In this document: one piece after another, positions 1 to 10,817 of the stretch
Position numbering within the stretch: position 1 is the stretch's first letter
How the letters are laid out: each line of letters begins with the position of its first letter
Sequence record: MW349129.1
Reading direction: 5' to 3' (one strand)
Length of the DNA stretch: 64,000 nt
Position numbers and translations under genes: made by a program
The notes under the pieces: model-generated
The model's input: only the letters and a program-made list of their open reading frames with translations
Databases searched by the model: none
What the model was told of the DNA's origin: nothing

Positions 1-2
1 CG

Positions 3-2576
3 TACAGAGAAACTAATGATCAACGTAAAACTATAGTATTAGAAGATGAAAAAGGATTAAAAGAAATTGAGTATATTAAAGATAATGATGTTTATGAAAT
101 TAAACATCATTATGGAAAAAATAGTTCTCAAAATAAATCATTCATCAAGAAGAATGGTGAAGAACTTAATGAAAATGGCGGTATTAAATTATTCAATGAA
201 ATAGTGGATAAAGAATTAGGTGTATCTAAAGATTACTTTACTGTGGGACGTTTAGGTGATAATGTATCAAACTTTATCGATTATACTACAGGTGATCGTA
301 AATCATACATTAATAAATTTGTACCTAATATTGATAGATATTTAGAAGCTTATAAAGTAGCTAATGAGAAATTAAAAATCATTACTAAAGATTTAAAATC
401 ACTTAGGTTTGATTTAGATAAATATAAAGAATTTGATGAAATTAAAAAAGAAAAAGAGAATTTAGAAACTTTAATTGATCAATTACAAAATGAACTTGAT
501 GAAGCTAATAAAGATAAAACAACTCATGAAACTAAAATGAACTCTATCATGGAAGATAAATACAAAGAGATTCATCCAACTGAATATAAAAATCAATTAA
601 TTAATGAAGTTAATGAACTTAATCAAGAATTAGAAAAAGAAAGAAAGTTAAAAGAAGATAATGAGAATTTAAATAAATATACTATTGAATCTGCTAATGA
701 GAAAAAAGATAAAATAGATACTATATTAAATAATACTAATAATGAGTTAACTTCTGTTGAAAAAGATAAAGAAAATAATCAAGATAAATTAGATGACTTA
801 ATTAGTAGAAAATCTAAAATAGAATCTCGTATGAATGCTATCAAGTTTAATGAAGATTATGACGCTTCTGATGAAATTGATTCAATTCTTGAAGGTTATA
901 AAGAGGATTTAGAAAGTATTAAAGATGATGTAGATATTTCTAGAGGGTCTTTTGTAAGTGAATTCGGTTTACAAATTAAAGATAATATTAAAGAGGATTC
1001 ATTAAGATTATATGTAAATGATTTAATTTCTAAAATAGATAACTTTAGAGAATTTATTAATGATAATGAGTTTAAATATGATTCTATTCGTGGAGATTTT
1101 GAAAGTGAAATTAAAGATAATAATGAAAAAATTTCTATGAACCAGAATGAATTTAATGAAATTAATACTAAGCTTAATCAAATTAAAGGTAAATCAGACT
1201 TATTAAAAATATTAGATCAAAAAGATCATGAACACTATAATGAATGTGTATTTGTTCCTTTAGTAGCTGACTTTAAAGATAATGAATTTGATTCAATCTC
1301 TGAATTAGAAAGTAAAGGTAATCAACTTTATAAAGATAATCAAGAATTAGAAAAAGATAATAAACTATTATCTAATCATATTGACTTATTACGTAAATTT
1401 AATGATATACTTACTAGTAGAAATAGTTTAATTGAATATATTGGATTTGAAATAATTGATATTGATAGTATTGAAGAAATATTCACTAATGGTAATACAT
1501 TCTCCAGTGAACTAAATAGTCTTAATTCATTAATTGAAAAGACAAATGAAATTCGTACTAATGAAACTAATAGAGACAGATTAACTATTGAATTAGAAAG
1601 AAAAGAAAATGCTCTTAAAGAAGATTATTCTAATAAGAAAATATTAGATCAATATAAAGAAGATAAAGAAGATTTAATTAAACAAATTGAAGGAATTAAA
1701 AATAAAAATAATGAGATTTCTGAAAATCTTAATTATCTTAATAGTCGTAAAGAAAAAGCTGTTACTAACTTAAATATTATTAATGAATTTATTAATCTAA
1801 CAGAGAGATCTGAAGAAATTAAATTAAAAATAAAAGATAAAAATGATATAGTTGATGATATTGATAAAGATCTTTCAAAATTAAGTAATTTGTACGAACT
1901 TAATCAAAAAGCAGACAATAAGATTCAATCTATTAAAGATAATTTAACTATGAAGAAGAATGATTTAGAATCTACTAAAGAAAAATACTTTGCAGTTAAT
2001 TCTATTATTACTAAGATTGATGAAATCGAATCAGTATTATGGAAATATAATATGGTAGTAGATTCATTAAATCCTAAGAAAGACTCTATACCATTAATAT
2101 TCATTACTAATTATCTTAAAGATATTGCTGTAAGTACTAATGAATTACTTTCAGTGGCTTATAATAATTCATTTAAAATTGACTTTGATTTGACAGATAA
2201 AGATTTCTTTATTAATGTGTATAAAGGTAATGGAACTGAACTTAAGGATATTAAAGAAGCTTCTCAAGGAGAAACAGCTTTAACTAATATCAGCTTATCA
2301 TTATCATTATTAAATAAAGTATCTCAAGATTATAATATCTTATATTTAGATGAAATGGACTCTACATTGGATTCTAATAATAGAAGAAGATTTGTTGATG
2401 TTATTGACAGACAGATTGATTTAATGGGATTAGAACAAGTATTTTTAATTAGTCATAATGATGAATTCTATAGTGCTGATATTGATTTAATCTTACTTAA
2501 AGGATACGAAAGTAAAATTGATATTAATGATGAAGAAATGATGCAAGGTAAAAATGTATTATTTAAAGTAAATTAA
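3..2576 (+). CDS. sbcC: SbcC/Rad50-like SMC ATPase (5'-truncated by window edge)
   Basis: The frame is open from base 3, upstream of the track's GTG at 204. Long coiled coil, then ABC signature-like EASQGE, Walker B/D-loop ILYLDEMDSTLD and H-loop FLISHND. Confidence 0.88.
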   Translation, partial: YRETNDQRKTIVLEDEKGLKEIEYIKDNDVYEIKHHYGKNSSQNKSFIKKNGEELNENGGIKLFNEIVDKELGVSKDYFTVGRLGDNVSNFIDYTTGDRKSYINKFVPNIDRYLEAYKVANEKLKIITKDLKSLRFDLDKYKEFDEIKKEKENLETLIDQLQNELDEANKDKTTHETKMNSIMEDKYKEIHPTEYKNQLINEVNELNQELEKERKLKEDNENLNKYTIESANEKKDKIDTILNNTNNELTSVEKDKENNQDKLDDLISRKSKIESRMNAIKFNEDYDASDEIDSILEGYKEDLESIKDDVDISRGSFVSEFGLQIKDNIKEDSLRLYVNDLISKIDNFREFINDNEFKYDSIRGDFESEIKDNNEKISMNQNEFNEINTKLNQIKGKSDLLKILDQKDHEHYNECVFVPLVADFKDNEFDSISELESKGNQLYKDNQELEKDNKLLSNHIDLLRKFNDILTSRNSLIEYIGFEIIDIDSIEEIFTNGNTFSSELNSLNSLIEKTNEIRTNETNRDRLTIELERKENALKEDYSNKKILDQYKEDKEDLIKQIEGIKNKNNEISENLNYLNSRKEKAVTNLNIINEFINLTERSEEIKLKIKDKNDIVDDIDKDLSKLSNLYELNQKADNKIQSIKDNLTMKKNDLESTKEKYFAVNSIITKIDEIESVLWKYNMVVDSLNPKKDSIPLIFITNYLKDIAVSTNELLSVAYNNSFKIDFDLTDKDFFINVYKGNGTELKDIKEASQGETALTNISLSLSLLNKVSQDYNILYLDEMDSTLDSNNRRRFVDVIDRQIDLMGLEQVFLISHNDEFYSADIDLILLKGYESKIDINDEEMMQGKNVLFKVN

Positions 2577-2592
2577 AGTTGGTGATTGTTTT

Positions 2593-2916
2593 ATGAATAA
2601 AAAAGGTTCTAGGATAATTAATGATGAGTATGGATATAAAGAAGAATCAAATGAATTTGATAAGATACAATCTCATCTTATAGAATCTTTAAATGAAGAA
2701 TATGATGTATCTAAATATTTTATAGAAATTTATGGTGTAAAAGAAAAGACATGGAAAAATAAAAAATTGTCAAATGATTTTAAATTTATGTATCTTAGTG
2801 CATTTTATGATATAACAATTAAGATACATGAAGAAAATAATATTGAATATCCAGAAGACATTAAAAAAATTATTAAAACAATAAAGATGAGAAAAGTTAA
2901 AAATGCTTTTATATAA
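2593..2916 (+). CDS. hypothetical protein
   Basis: 107 aa ORF with a GGTGA SD-like site upstream; no recognisable motif. Confidence 0.7.
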   Translation: MNKKGSRIINDEYGYKEESNEFDKIQSHLIESLNEEYDVSKYFIEIYGVKEKTWKNKKLSNDFKFMYLSAFYDITIKIHEENNIEYPEDIKKIIKTIKMRKVKNAFI

Positions 2917-2932
2917 AAGGGGAAATATAATT

Positions 2933-3082
2933 ATGAATAGAATTCTATTAGGATCAATATCATTGGTAATATTATCTATTTCTATAGTATCTACAAAAAT
3001 AATATACGATAAAATAAAATATAGAGACGATGATATTGATACATCTGAAGATCCATTTATGAAAGGTCCATTATTTATATAA
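2933..3082 (+). CDS. small membrane-anchored protein (49 aa, MNRILLGSISLVILSISIVSTK...)
   Basis: Read by hand. AAGGGG SD, N-terminal hydrophobic helix, followed by a terminator hairpin. Not in the ORF track. Confidence 0.65.
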   Translation: MNRILLGSISLVILSISIVSTKIIYDKIKYRDDDIDTSEDPFMKGPLFI

Positions 3083-3090
3083 TTTAATAT

Positions 3091-3122
3091 TGCCAAACAT
3101 TCTTTAAATAGAGTGTTTGGCA
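3091..3122 (+). terminator. intrinsic terminator hairpin
   Basis: TGCCAAACATTCT-ttaaat-AGAGTGTTTGGCA followed by a T-rich tract. Confidence 0.75.
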
Positions 3123-3204
3123 TTTTATATTTTAATTTTTTATGAAATTTAAGTAACGATTAAATTATCAAAGTAGCAATTGAATTGAGGAGTGTTTAAA
3201 GATA

Positions 3205-5079
3205 ATGGGTAGATTTATTAAATCAACATATTTAAATAAAAAAGAGACACAATCAGGTAAAGAAAAAGTAGTAATGGTAGTTAAAGAAGAAGACGGTACT
3301 AAGAAACATATGGAAATAACTGATCCAATGATGCATTATTATGTAACTAAAGATGAACATTGGTTACCACCTAATAAAATTGTAGGTTCTATTGAAAAAG
3401 ATAAAGTAAGAACTGTTACTTGTAAGCATAAAGATATTATTAAATCAGTGGTTAAAGAAGCCGGTAATGCTCAAGATAAAGCAGAATATGACAGAATTAT
3501 GAAATCAGGTAATTGGCAAGAATATAGAAAATTAAGAGATTTTCATTTATTAAATAACGCTCATGGTTCTGATATTAATATAGAAGATTATAATATTAAT
3601 GAATATATTAAAAAGAATTTAGATAGTAAAGTCGGTATAGATATATGTCTATTCGATATTGAGGTTGATGGTTCTCAAGTAACAGGCTTCCCAGATCCTG
3701 AAAAAGCTGAGGCAGAGATAAATATTATAACTGTAGTGGATTGGAGTAAGAAAAAAGTATTAACATTTGCTCTTAAATATGACACTGATACTTATAAAGA
3801 AACTATGAAAGACCAAGATAAGTTAATTAAAGACTTAAATGAAATTTATAATAATGAAAATAGTGAAATTGGTAAAGATTTAGGTTTAGAATTTGAAATA
3901 TATGAATTAGATACAGAAATGCAAGTAATTAAATCTTTCTTGTATTATATTAATGAAATTAGTAAACCTGATATATGTACGGCATGGAATTGATAATAGG
4001 TTCCATTAAAAGAATATTAATTGCTGGAACGTTCTTTTTAGAATAATCAGCATCAACAAAATAAAAGTTGTTCAACGACTAAATATATTCACTCATATTA
4101 ATGAGTATGATATAGTCTATTTTATATTTAATAAATATAAAAGCTAGATTATGACTTTCCTGCAATATTTGAACGTATTAGAGTTAATGGAGAAGATCCT
4201 GCAGATTATTTCTGTTCTAAAGAATTTGAAGATAAAAAAGCATATTATAAACTAGATAAAAATGCTACTGATATGGCTAATAGATCTTCTACATTTGAGA
4301 CTAATTCTTATACTAACTGGATTGACCAATTAGCGTTATATGCAAATATTAATAAACCTAATGGAGCTTTAGAGTCAGTTAAGTTAAATGATATTGGAGA
4401 AAAAGAAGCGGGAGTCACTAAAGATGTTTATGAAGGTTCTATCTCTGATTTACATTTTAGAGACTATTATACATTCATTCTTTATAATATTAAAGATACT
4501 GTATTAACTGCATTAATCGAACATAACACTAATATGTTTGATCTATTATTCTCTATTGTAGATATGACTAGAACAAGACCTAGCAAAGCACTTAAGAAAA
4601 CTATTTGTTTAAGAAATCGTAGTTCAGTATTCTTTGAAAATCAAGGATATGTAATAAGTAATAATCATTCAAAATTATTATCAGATCCTAATGCAGATAA
4701 AATTCGTGGTGGTTTTGTAGCAGATATGATGTTAATTGAACGTAATGGAGATACATTAGTTAAAGGTAAAGATATTAGATCTAATAGATTATTTAGTAAT
4801 GTTTGCGACTTTGACTTGACTGCTCTATATCCATCTATTATTAGAGCATATAATATAACACCTGAAGGACATGTAGGTAAGATGAATATTCTTGATAAAG
4901 ATAGAATAACAGTACCTAAATATGAAGAAGATAAAGATAACTATGATTTTAATACTGAATTCGTAAGTAAGTTTAACAGTCAAGATAATGTTGCTTTTGC
5001 TCAAGAATTTCATGGTTTGCCTTCTCTTATTGAAGCATCTGACGATATTATTAAAGAATTAGAGGAGGAAATTAGTTAA
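3205..5079 (+). CDS. family B DNA polymerase, N-terminal part (3'-5' exonuclease plus motif A); spliced join(3205..3990,4144..5079), 573 aa
   Basis: ExoI FDIEVD. ExoII is restored across the intron as AWN|LDYDFP. ExoIII YNIKD and polymerase motif A DFDLTALYPSII are present. Motifs B and C are absent, so the polymerase is split. Confidence 0.88.
3991..4143 (+). ncRNA. minimal group I intron (153 nt, no ORF) in the DNA polymerase gene
   Basis: P1: exon ATGGAAT pairs with intron GTTCCAT, with U-G at the splice site. Core elements AATTGCTGGAA, AATCAGCA, GTTCAACGACTA and GATATAGTC; P7 GACTA/TAGTC; terminal G at 4143. Removal is in frame. Confidence 0.92.
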
Positions 5080-5861
5080 TGTCTATTATTATTGAAGAAT
5101 CAAAAATAGTAAATAAATTAGTAATGACTTTTGAAGAAATATCTAAATTATTCAATAATATTGTTGATGGAAGTAAATATATTAGTTTAAATAAAAATAT
5201 TATAACAAATCATTCTAAATCAGATGATAATCCTAATTCAGTTGAAGTGGAAATTGTAGAAGATAATCCAATTTACGATTATCTTCTTTCTGTTGAAAAT
5301 TGTGTTTTTAATGTAGAAGACTTTATTGAAGTAAGAAAAAATAAGGGAGATAAAATTGTTAAAGTTGAATTCTTCAATGAAATTGATAATAGTGGTATTA
5401 GAATAACTAGAGAATCTGATTTAGAAACTATTATTAATGGTGATGAATTTGATGAAGATTTATTAGATGAAGAATTAAATTATTCATTAGATGCTATTAA
5501 TTATTTTAGTTCTTTTGAACCAAGTCTAAATTTTAAATTAGATAATGATAGTTTATTGGGTATTAAAGAAAGAAAACCTTCTGAGTTCTTTAAATTTATA
5601 TTTACTGAAGATGATGTTATTGTTAAAGATCCTTATTACATTTATAATGAAAAAGATTACCTTATTGATTTTAGAACTTCTAAAAAGTATTTATTAGGTT
5701 TAAAATATAAAAAGACTAAAGATAAAATAGTTTGTCCATTAGTTAATATAGAAATATATGCCCCAGAAACAACTGTATATAGTGAATTGATTATGGTAAA
5801 ATTTTCAATTTATCAAGACAAATTTGTTGCAAAATTGAAGAATTTAGTTTATAATATATAA
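5079..5861 (+). CDS. hypothetical protein
   Basis: 260 aa ORF whose start overlaps the polymerase stop (TAATG); GGAGG SD. Confidence 0.75.
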   Translation: MSIIIEESKIVNKLVMTFEEISKLFNNIVDGSKYISLNKNIITNHSKSDDNPNSVEVEIVEDNPIYDYLLSVENCVFNVEDFIEVRKNKGDKIVKVEFFNEIDNSGIRITRESDLETIINGDEFDEDLLDEELNYSLDAINYFSSFEPSLNFKLDNDSLLGIKERKPSEFFKFIFTEDDVIVKDPYYIYNEKDYLIDFRTSKKYLLGLKYKKTKDKIVCPLVNIEIYAPETTVYSELIMVKFSIYQDKFVAKLKNLVYNI

Positions 5862-5904
5862 TGTGAAAAAATACTTATAAATTAAGAGAAAATTCTAAAA
5901 AGTA

Positions 5905-8367
5905 TTGAAAAGGAGTGTTTTGAATTTGGCTGATGAGAATAAAACTCAGAGAAGTATAAATAACATCAATAGAGATATGGTTAGAGGGTTAGGAGATGAA
6001 GAAAATCCTAAGAACTTATCTGACAATATACCTGATTTTGATGATAGATTAAAAAAGATAAGACGTAAAAGCAATCATGGTAATAGTAATGGTGACATTC
6101 TATCTTTAGCATCTAAAGTGAGCGGTAAGGATAGAAATGTTAGAAAATCTAATACAGGTGATGATAAAAAAGATTTCATTAAAGATTTCATAGAAGAGAA
6201 TATTGAAAATCAAGATTTTTCATCTGAGATTGCTAGGGTTTCTAGATACGATGACTATAGAATTATAGATAAATTTATACCTGAAATATCAACAAGTATT
6301 GATGTATTCGCTACTTCTATTATTGCACCTGACGATACTTCTAAATTATCATTGATGTATCGTTATGGTGATATAAATAATAAAAATGAATCAGAAAATA
6401 AAGAAGTTTTAAATGAATTAGATAGAATTGTAAAGAAATATAATTTGGACAATTTGACATATACTTCTATTCGTGACGGTTTATTATTAGGTGATGTTTT
6501 CTATATTATTAAAGATACTAAATCTGACTTTGAAGAAATACTTAATGAAAATGATGATGTATTAGGAAGAGAAACACGAGATGATCAAAAAGTGATTAAT
6601 GAATCATTTATAGATCAGAACCTTAAAGAATCTGATTTAGACACTGTAATTAATGAATTTAATAATCAATTTGAAAAACCTATTAAAGATGAAGATCAAT
6701 TAAATGAACAAAGAGCTAATTTTAAAAATGAAATATTAAAGAGTATTAATGAAAATGTAGCTTTCTTTGAAAATTCTTCTGAATTACTATCTGATATAGG
6801 TAAGTATAAAGGTTCTAATGACTTACAAGCATTTTTAGATAAAGCAGATAACAAAAATAAGTCTAGTAAATTAAAATCTGGTTCAGTATATTTTAGATCT
6901 GTAGAACCTGAAGATATGATTAAATTAGAAATTGATGGTATGTGTATTGGTTATCTTTATATTGAACCAGATTCTGGAACTGACTTAAGAGGAGGAGCTA
7001 ATCCCTTATTATCCGCTATGAATAATTTAATGGGAGACGGATACCAAAAACAAGGTCAAACAGGATCATTTTCAAGTGGTATGGGAGTTACTAATTTAGA
7101 TCCTGTCACTGGTGGTACTGCAGGAAATAATATGTCTAGCAATTCTAAAAATCCTAATTCAGGAATGAATGCTACATCTGGTTCATATTATGAAAATGGA
7201 AATACTGTTATGGCTTATCAAGGTTTAGTTGATGTTATAGTTAAAGGTATTTCTCAAAAAATTAATATGGACTTTATTAATAAAAATGATTCATTTAAAG
7301 ATATCATATATAGATTAATTCGTAAGAATTATATTATTGAAAATGGTATTAAAATGACTTTCTTAGAAGCTGATGAAGTATTTCACCATAAATTAGACAG
7401 TCAAAAAACTTATGGAGTTTCTAAACTTAATAAATCATTATTCTTTGCTAAATTATATTTAAGTACATTAATAACTACAATGATGGTTAAATTAAATCAA
7501 TCAAGAGATAGACGTGTATTTAGAGTTAATGCAGGTTTAGATGATGATTATGAGGGAACAGTAGAAGAAATAATTCGTAATGTAAGACAAAATGAAATGT
7601 CTACAGGATTATTTGGAGACGGAACTTCCGTTCAGACATTATTCAATCAAGTAGGTAACTTAGAAAATATGTACATTCCTCAAAATAAAGAGGGAACTTC
7701 TCCTTTAGAAATAGATACAATTTCTGGTATTCAGGTTGATATTAATGATGAATTCTTAGAATGGCTTAAGAAATCAGTTATATCAGGTACAGGAGTTCCT
7801 TTAAACTATATTGATGCTGAAACTGAAACTGATTACGCTCGTTCATTATCAATGCAGAATAATAACTTTGTAAGACGTGTAGTTAATTATCAGAAATCTT
7901 TTGGTGAATTCTATACTGGAGTATTAAGAAAATTATATTATCTAGAAAATGTAAGTAAGAATAAAAAAGAAAATGAAGAATTAAATAATAGAATACAAGA
8001 AATTGAAGCTTACTTCCCAGCACCTGTATTCTTAAACTTAGGAAACCTTAATGAAGAAGTTGGAGCTGTTACACAAATGATAGACTTCTTAGTTCCTTTA
8101 TATACTTCTGAAGCTTCTGGTGACGAAGAGGAAGATGATAACGAAAAATTAAAACGTCTATTCCGTAAAGAACTAGTTCAACAAGAATTCATGGCTAATT
8201 TAGATTATGATAGATACGAAGATATTATTAACAATATTAAAGATGAAATAAATAAAGATAAAAAGAAAAATGACATGGTAAATAATAATAATACTGATGA
8301 AGACGATTTATCTTCTTCAGATGACTCTGGAAATAATTCAGAAGATAATTTTGAGGATGATTTCTAA
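5905..8367 (+). CDS. portal protein (T4 gp20/phiKZ-like)
   Basis: Motifs RYDDYRIID..PEISTSIDV, RDRRVFRVNAG and ENMYIP...IDTISG resemble T4-type portal motifs; acidic C-terminal tail. The true start may be TTG 5920 or 5926, after AGGAG at 5911. Confidence 0.75.
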   Translation: MKRSVLNLADENKTQRSINNINRDMVRGLGDEENPKNLSDNIPDFDDRLKKIRRKSNHGNSNGDILSLASKVSGKDRNVRKSNTGDDKKDFIKDFIEENIENQDFSSEIARVSRYDDYRIIDKFIPEISTSIDVFATSIIAPDDTSKLSLMYRYGDINNKNESENKEVLNELDRIVKKYNLDNLTYTSIRDGLLLGDVFYIIKDTKSDFEEILNENDDVLGRETRDDQKVINESFIDQNLKESDLDTVINEFNNQFEKPIKDEDQLNEQRANFKNEILKSINENVAFFENSSELLSDIGKYKGSNDLQAFLDKADNKNKSSKLKSGSVYFRSVEPEDMIKLEIDGMCIGYLYIEPDSGTDLRGGANPLLSAMNNLMGDGYQKQGQTGSFSSGMGVTNLDPVTGGTAGNNMSSNSKNPNSGMNATSGSYYENGNTVMAYQGLVDVIVKGISQKINMDFINKNDSFKDIIYRLIRKNYIIENGIKMTFLEADEVFHHKLDSQKTYGVSKLNKSLFFAKLYLSTLITTMMVKLNQSRDRRVFRVNAGLDDDYEGTVEEIIRNVRQNEMSTGLFGDGTSVQTLFNQVGNLENMYIPQNKEGTSPLEIDTISGIQVDINDEFLEWLKKSVISGTGVPLNYIDAETETDYARSLSMQNNNFVRRVVNYQKSFGEFYTGVLRKLYYLENVSKNKKENEELNNRIQEIEAYFPAPVFLNLGNLNEEVGAVTQMIDFLVPLYTSEASGDEEEDDNEKLKRLFRKELVQQEFMANLDYDRYEDIINNIKDEINKDKKKNDMVNNNNTDEDDLSSSDDSGNNSEDNFEDDF

Positions 8368-8375
8368 TATTAACA

Positions 8376-8411
8376 TTTGAATAACGGATTAAATACAATT
8401 CGTTATTCAAA
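8376..8411 (+). terminator. hairpin after the portal gene
   Basis: TTTGAATAACG (8376-8386) pairs with CGTTATTCAAA (8401-8411). Confidence 0.6.
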
Positions 8412-8425
8412 TTTATATTATATAA
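8406..8425 (+). promoter_or_regulatory. early promoter motif (AAATTTATATTAT)
   Basis: Matches the recurring (T)TAAATATATATTAT motif; lies about 45 nt upstream of the non-virion RNAP subunit gene. Confidence 0.55.
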
Positions 8426-8467
8426 GTGTAGTACATAATATTTATTTATAAGGAGAATGAATTAGAT

Positions 8468-10381
8468 ATGACAAATGAAGAAATTGTTTTAGACTTGAAA
8501 TTAGGTAAGTACAATGATTATTTACACTCAGATAATTATTTTGAAACTTTAGAAGCTTTAAAGAAAGATATTATTAGTAATCCTCAAAAAAGAATGGAAG
8601 ACTATTTTGAAGAAAATATATCTAAAAGTAATTATTTCACTTTATTAGTACTAGGTAAACCTTTCAGAGATATGAATAAAGAGTTTACGGAAGAATATTT
8701 AGTTAATCCAACTGATATTGATGATTATTATGATTATTTTGACAAAGTTGTTGTTAATTTTATTCATGAAGGACATGATCCAATAAAAGTTAGTCAATCA
8801 ATTGCATTTGTTATTGACGAATTAACTATATTTTCAAATGAATATATTTTACCTTTAGATGGACCATCTATCTCATTATACGATATTATGAGATTGGCTA
8901 ATGAAGATAAAGAAATAGAGAAATTAATCAACTTTGATAAAGAAGACATTGACCCTAACTTAAACTATCAGCAAATCATTAATGAAGTTCAAAAACCTAA
9001 TATGCATAAATTAATTGATCGTATTAAATCTGATAAAGAAAACGATTATAAAACTTTCTTACATTCAGGAACAGGTATTAATAAGATACAATTGAATGAG
9101 GTTTTAAGTTTCGTAGGATATAAACCAGATATTCGTGGTGATGTTGTAACTGATATTATCGATACATCATTCATGCGTGGTTTAAAAGATACAACGCAAT
9201 TTGCTATTGATGCAGAATCTTCATTAAACGCATTAATGAACTCTAAGAATAAAGTACGTGAATCAGGATACTTAAACCGTAAAATTACTTTATTAACTTC
9301 AGACTTAAAATTATCAGAAACTGAAGATTGTGAAAGTAAACATTTCGTTTACGTTAATATGAACAGTCAAGATAAATTAGATAGATTTAATGATAGATTC
9401 TATTATGATGATACAGATCAAGAATTGAAATTAATTAATTCTAAAGAAGATAATCATTTAATAGGACAGATTGTTCCATTACGTTCACCTATTACATGTG
9501 CTGAATCTAAAGGAAAAATATGTCAAACTTGTTACGGTAAACGTTTATATAACATTAATAGAAACTTATCTGTAGGTATATTAGCTACTTTAAGATTAAC
9601 AGAGCCTATGACTCAAAAATTATTATCAACAAAACACTTACAAGCAGTACAATTATCTGAATTCTCTTGGCCAGATATCTTCAAAGAACACTTTGAATTC
9701 TCTGGAGATAATATTGTTCCACGTAATGAAAAGACTAAGGTTATTATTGATGAAATGGTTATTAATGAAGATTATGAATATGGAAGATATAAAGCTAATA
9801 GTTTTAAATTTAAAGTAGGTACTAAAATTCATACTGTTAAATCACCTGTAATTCTTAAAATACCAGATCAAAATATTGAGACTATGGATAAATTTTACGA
9901 TGAAGATGAAAATGCATTTATATTCAGTATGAAAGACTTAAAAGAGAATTTCTTATTTAATATTAAAATTAAAAATGAAGGCGTTGCTGATCCACTTCTT
10001 AAAATACGTTCTATATTAGAAAGTACTAAATACATTAGAAATGATTATGAAGAAAACAACTATCAAGCAATGTTCAATGATGTAACAGATTTATTACTTA
10101 AATCAGGTACAGATGTTATGAGTGTTCATTTAGAAACTATTATTAGAAACATGGTATTCTTAAATGAAGATTATAAAGAAAGAACTAAATATAGAGATCC
10201 TGAATTTGAACCTGATATTGAATTGAAGAATGTAGGTAGTGCTATTTTAAGTTCACCTTCACCAGTTCAATCATTGATCTTTGAGAAGATTAAAGCTCAG
10301 TTAAGTACTGATGACACTAATAACTTCTTCAGTAAAGATGGAGATTCAATGTTCGATCCGTTATTTGATTTTGATATTTAA
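8468..10381 (+). CDS. rpoC: multisubunit RNA polymerase beta'-C subunit, probably non-virion (AR9 gp154-like)
   Basis: SGTGIN..Q...V...G.KPD, SFMRGL, bridge-helix VRESGYLNRK, Zn ligands DCES / RSPITC..ICQTCYG, trigger-loop-like TEPMTQKLLSTKH. The sequence resembles my recollection of AR9 gp154, and the gene has an early promoter. Confidence 0.88.
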   Translation: MTNEEIVLDLKLGKYNDYLHSDNYFETLEALKKDIISNPQKRMEDYFEENISKSNYFTLLVLGKPFRDMNKEFTEEYLVNPTDIDDYYDYFDKVVVNFIHEGHDPIKVSQSIAFVIDELTIFSNEYILPLDGPSISLYDIMRLANEDKEIEKLINFDKEDIDPNLNYQQIINEVQKPNMHKLIDRIKSDKENDYKTFLHSGTGINKIQLNEVLSFVGYKPDIRGDVVTDIIDTSFMRGLKDTTQFAIDAESSLNALMNSKNKVRESGYLNRKITLLTSDLKLSETEDCESKHFVYVNMNSQDKLDRFNDRFYYDDTDQELKLINSKEDNHLIGQIVPLRSPITCAESKGKICQTCYGKRLYNINRNLSVGILATLRLTEPMTQKLLSTKHLQAVQLSEFSWPDIFKEHFEFSGDNIVPRNEKTKVIIDEMVINEDYEYGRYKANSFKFKVGTKIHTVKSPVILKIPDQNIETMDKFYDEDENAFIFSMKDLKENFLFNIKIKNEGVADPLLKIRSILESTKYIRNDYEENNYQAMFNDVTDLLLKSGTDVMSVHLETIIRNMVFLNEDYKERTKYRDPEFEPDIELKNVGSAILSSPSPVQSLIFEKIKAQLSTDDTNNFFSKDGDSMFDPLFDFDI

Positions 10382-10394
10382 AACAATATATTAC

Positions 10395-10426
10395 AACCAA
10401 ACTTCTATTAACTTAGAAGTTTGGTT
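10395..10426 (+). terminator. hairpin terminator
   Basis: AACCAAACTTCT-attaactt-AGAAGTTTGGTT. Confidence 0.65.
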
Positions 10427-10455
10427 ATATATAATAACTTTAGGAGGAATTTAAT

Positions 10456-10749
10456 ATGAAAGAAGAAAATTTATTAAGAGACAATTTATACGAGCAATAC
10501 GATTATAATAAGGATGATAAGTTAGAAAAGGCTATAATGAGGAATTGTTATATCGTTTTTGATAATCTAAGTGAAGATGGAGAGAAAAATGTCTATATAA
10601 TATCGGAGTTAGAAGTAAATAAAGATCAAATTTTATCATTTATCTTATTTAAAGATGATATACCTGTTTCAACTCATAGTTTTTCAATTGAAAATGTTTA
10701 TGAATTTAATGAACTTGACAAGCTTATATTAAAAAGTATTAATTCTTAA
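10456..10749 (+). CDS. hypothetical protein
   Basis: 97 aa, AGGAGG SD. Confidence 0.75.
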   Translation: MKEENLLRDNLYEQYDYNKDDKLEKAIMRNCYIVFDNLSEDGEKNVYIISELEVNKDQILSFILFKDDIPVSTHSFSIENVYEFNELDKLILKSINS

Positions 10750-10817
10750 AAAATTAATTTTTTATAATAACTGTTAGATATAAAATTTTAAAGTAAAAAA
10801 GGAGAATTTAATTTAAC

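Noticed and set aside
3205-5079. Polymerase as two genes or a pseudogene with a premature stop at 3991-3993
   Set aside because: The gap is a well-formed group I intron whose removal restores ExoII in frame.
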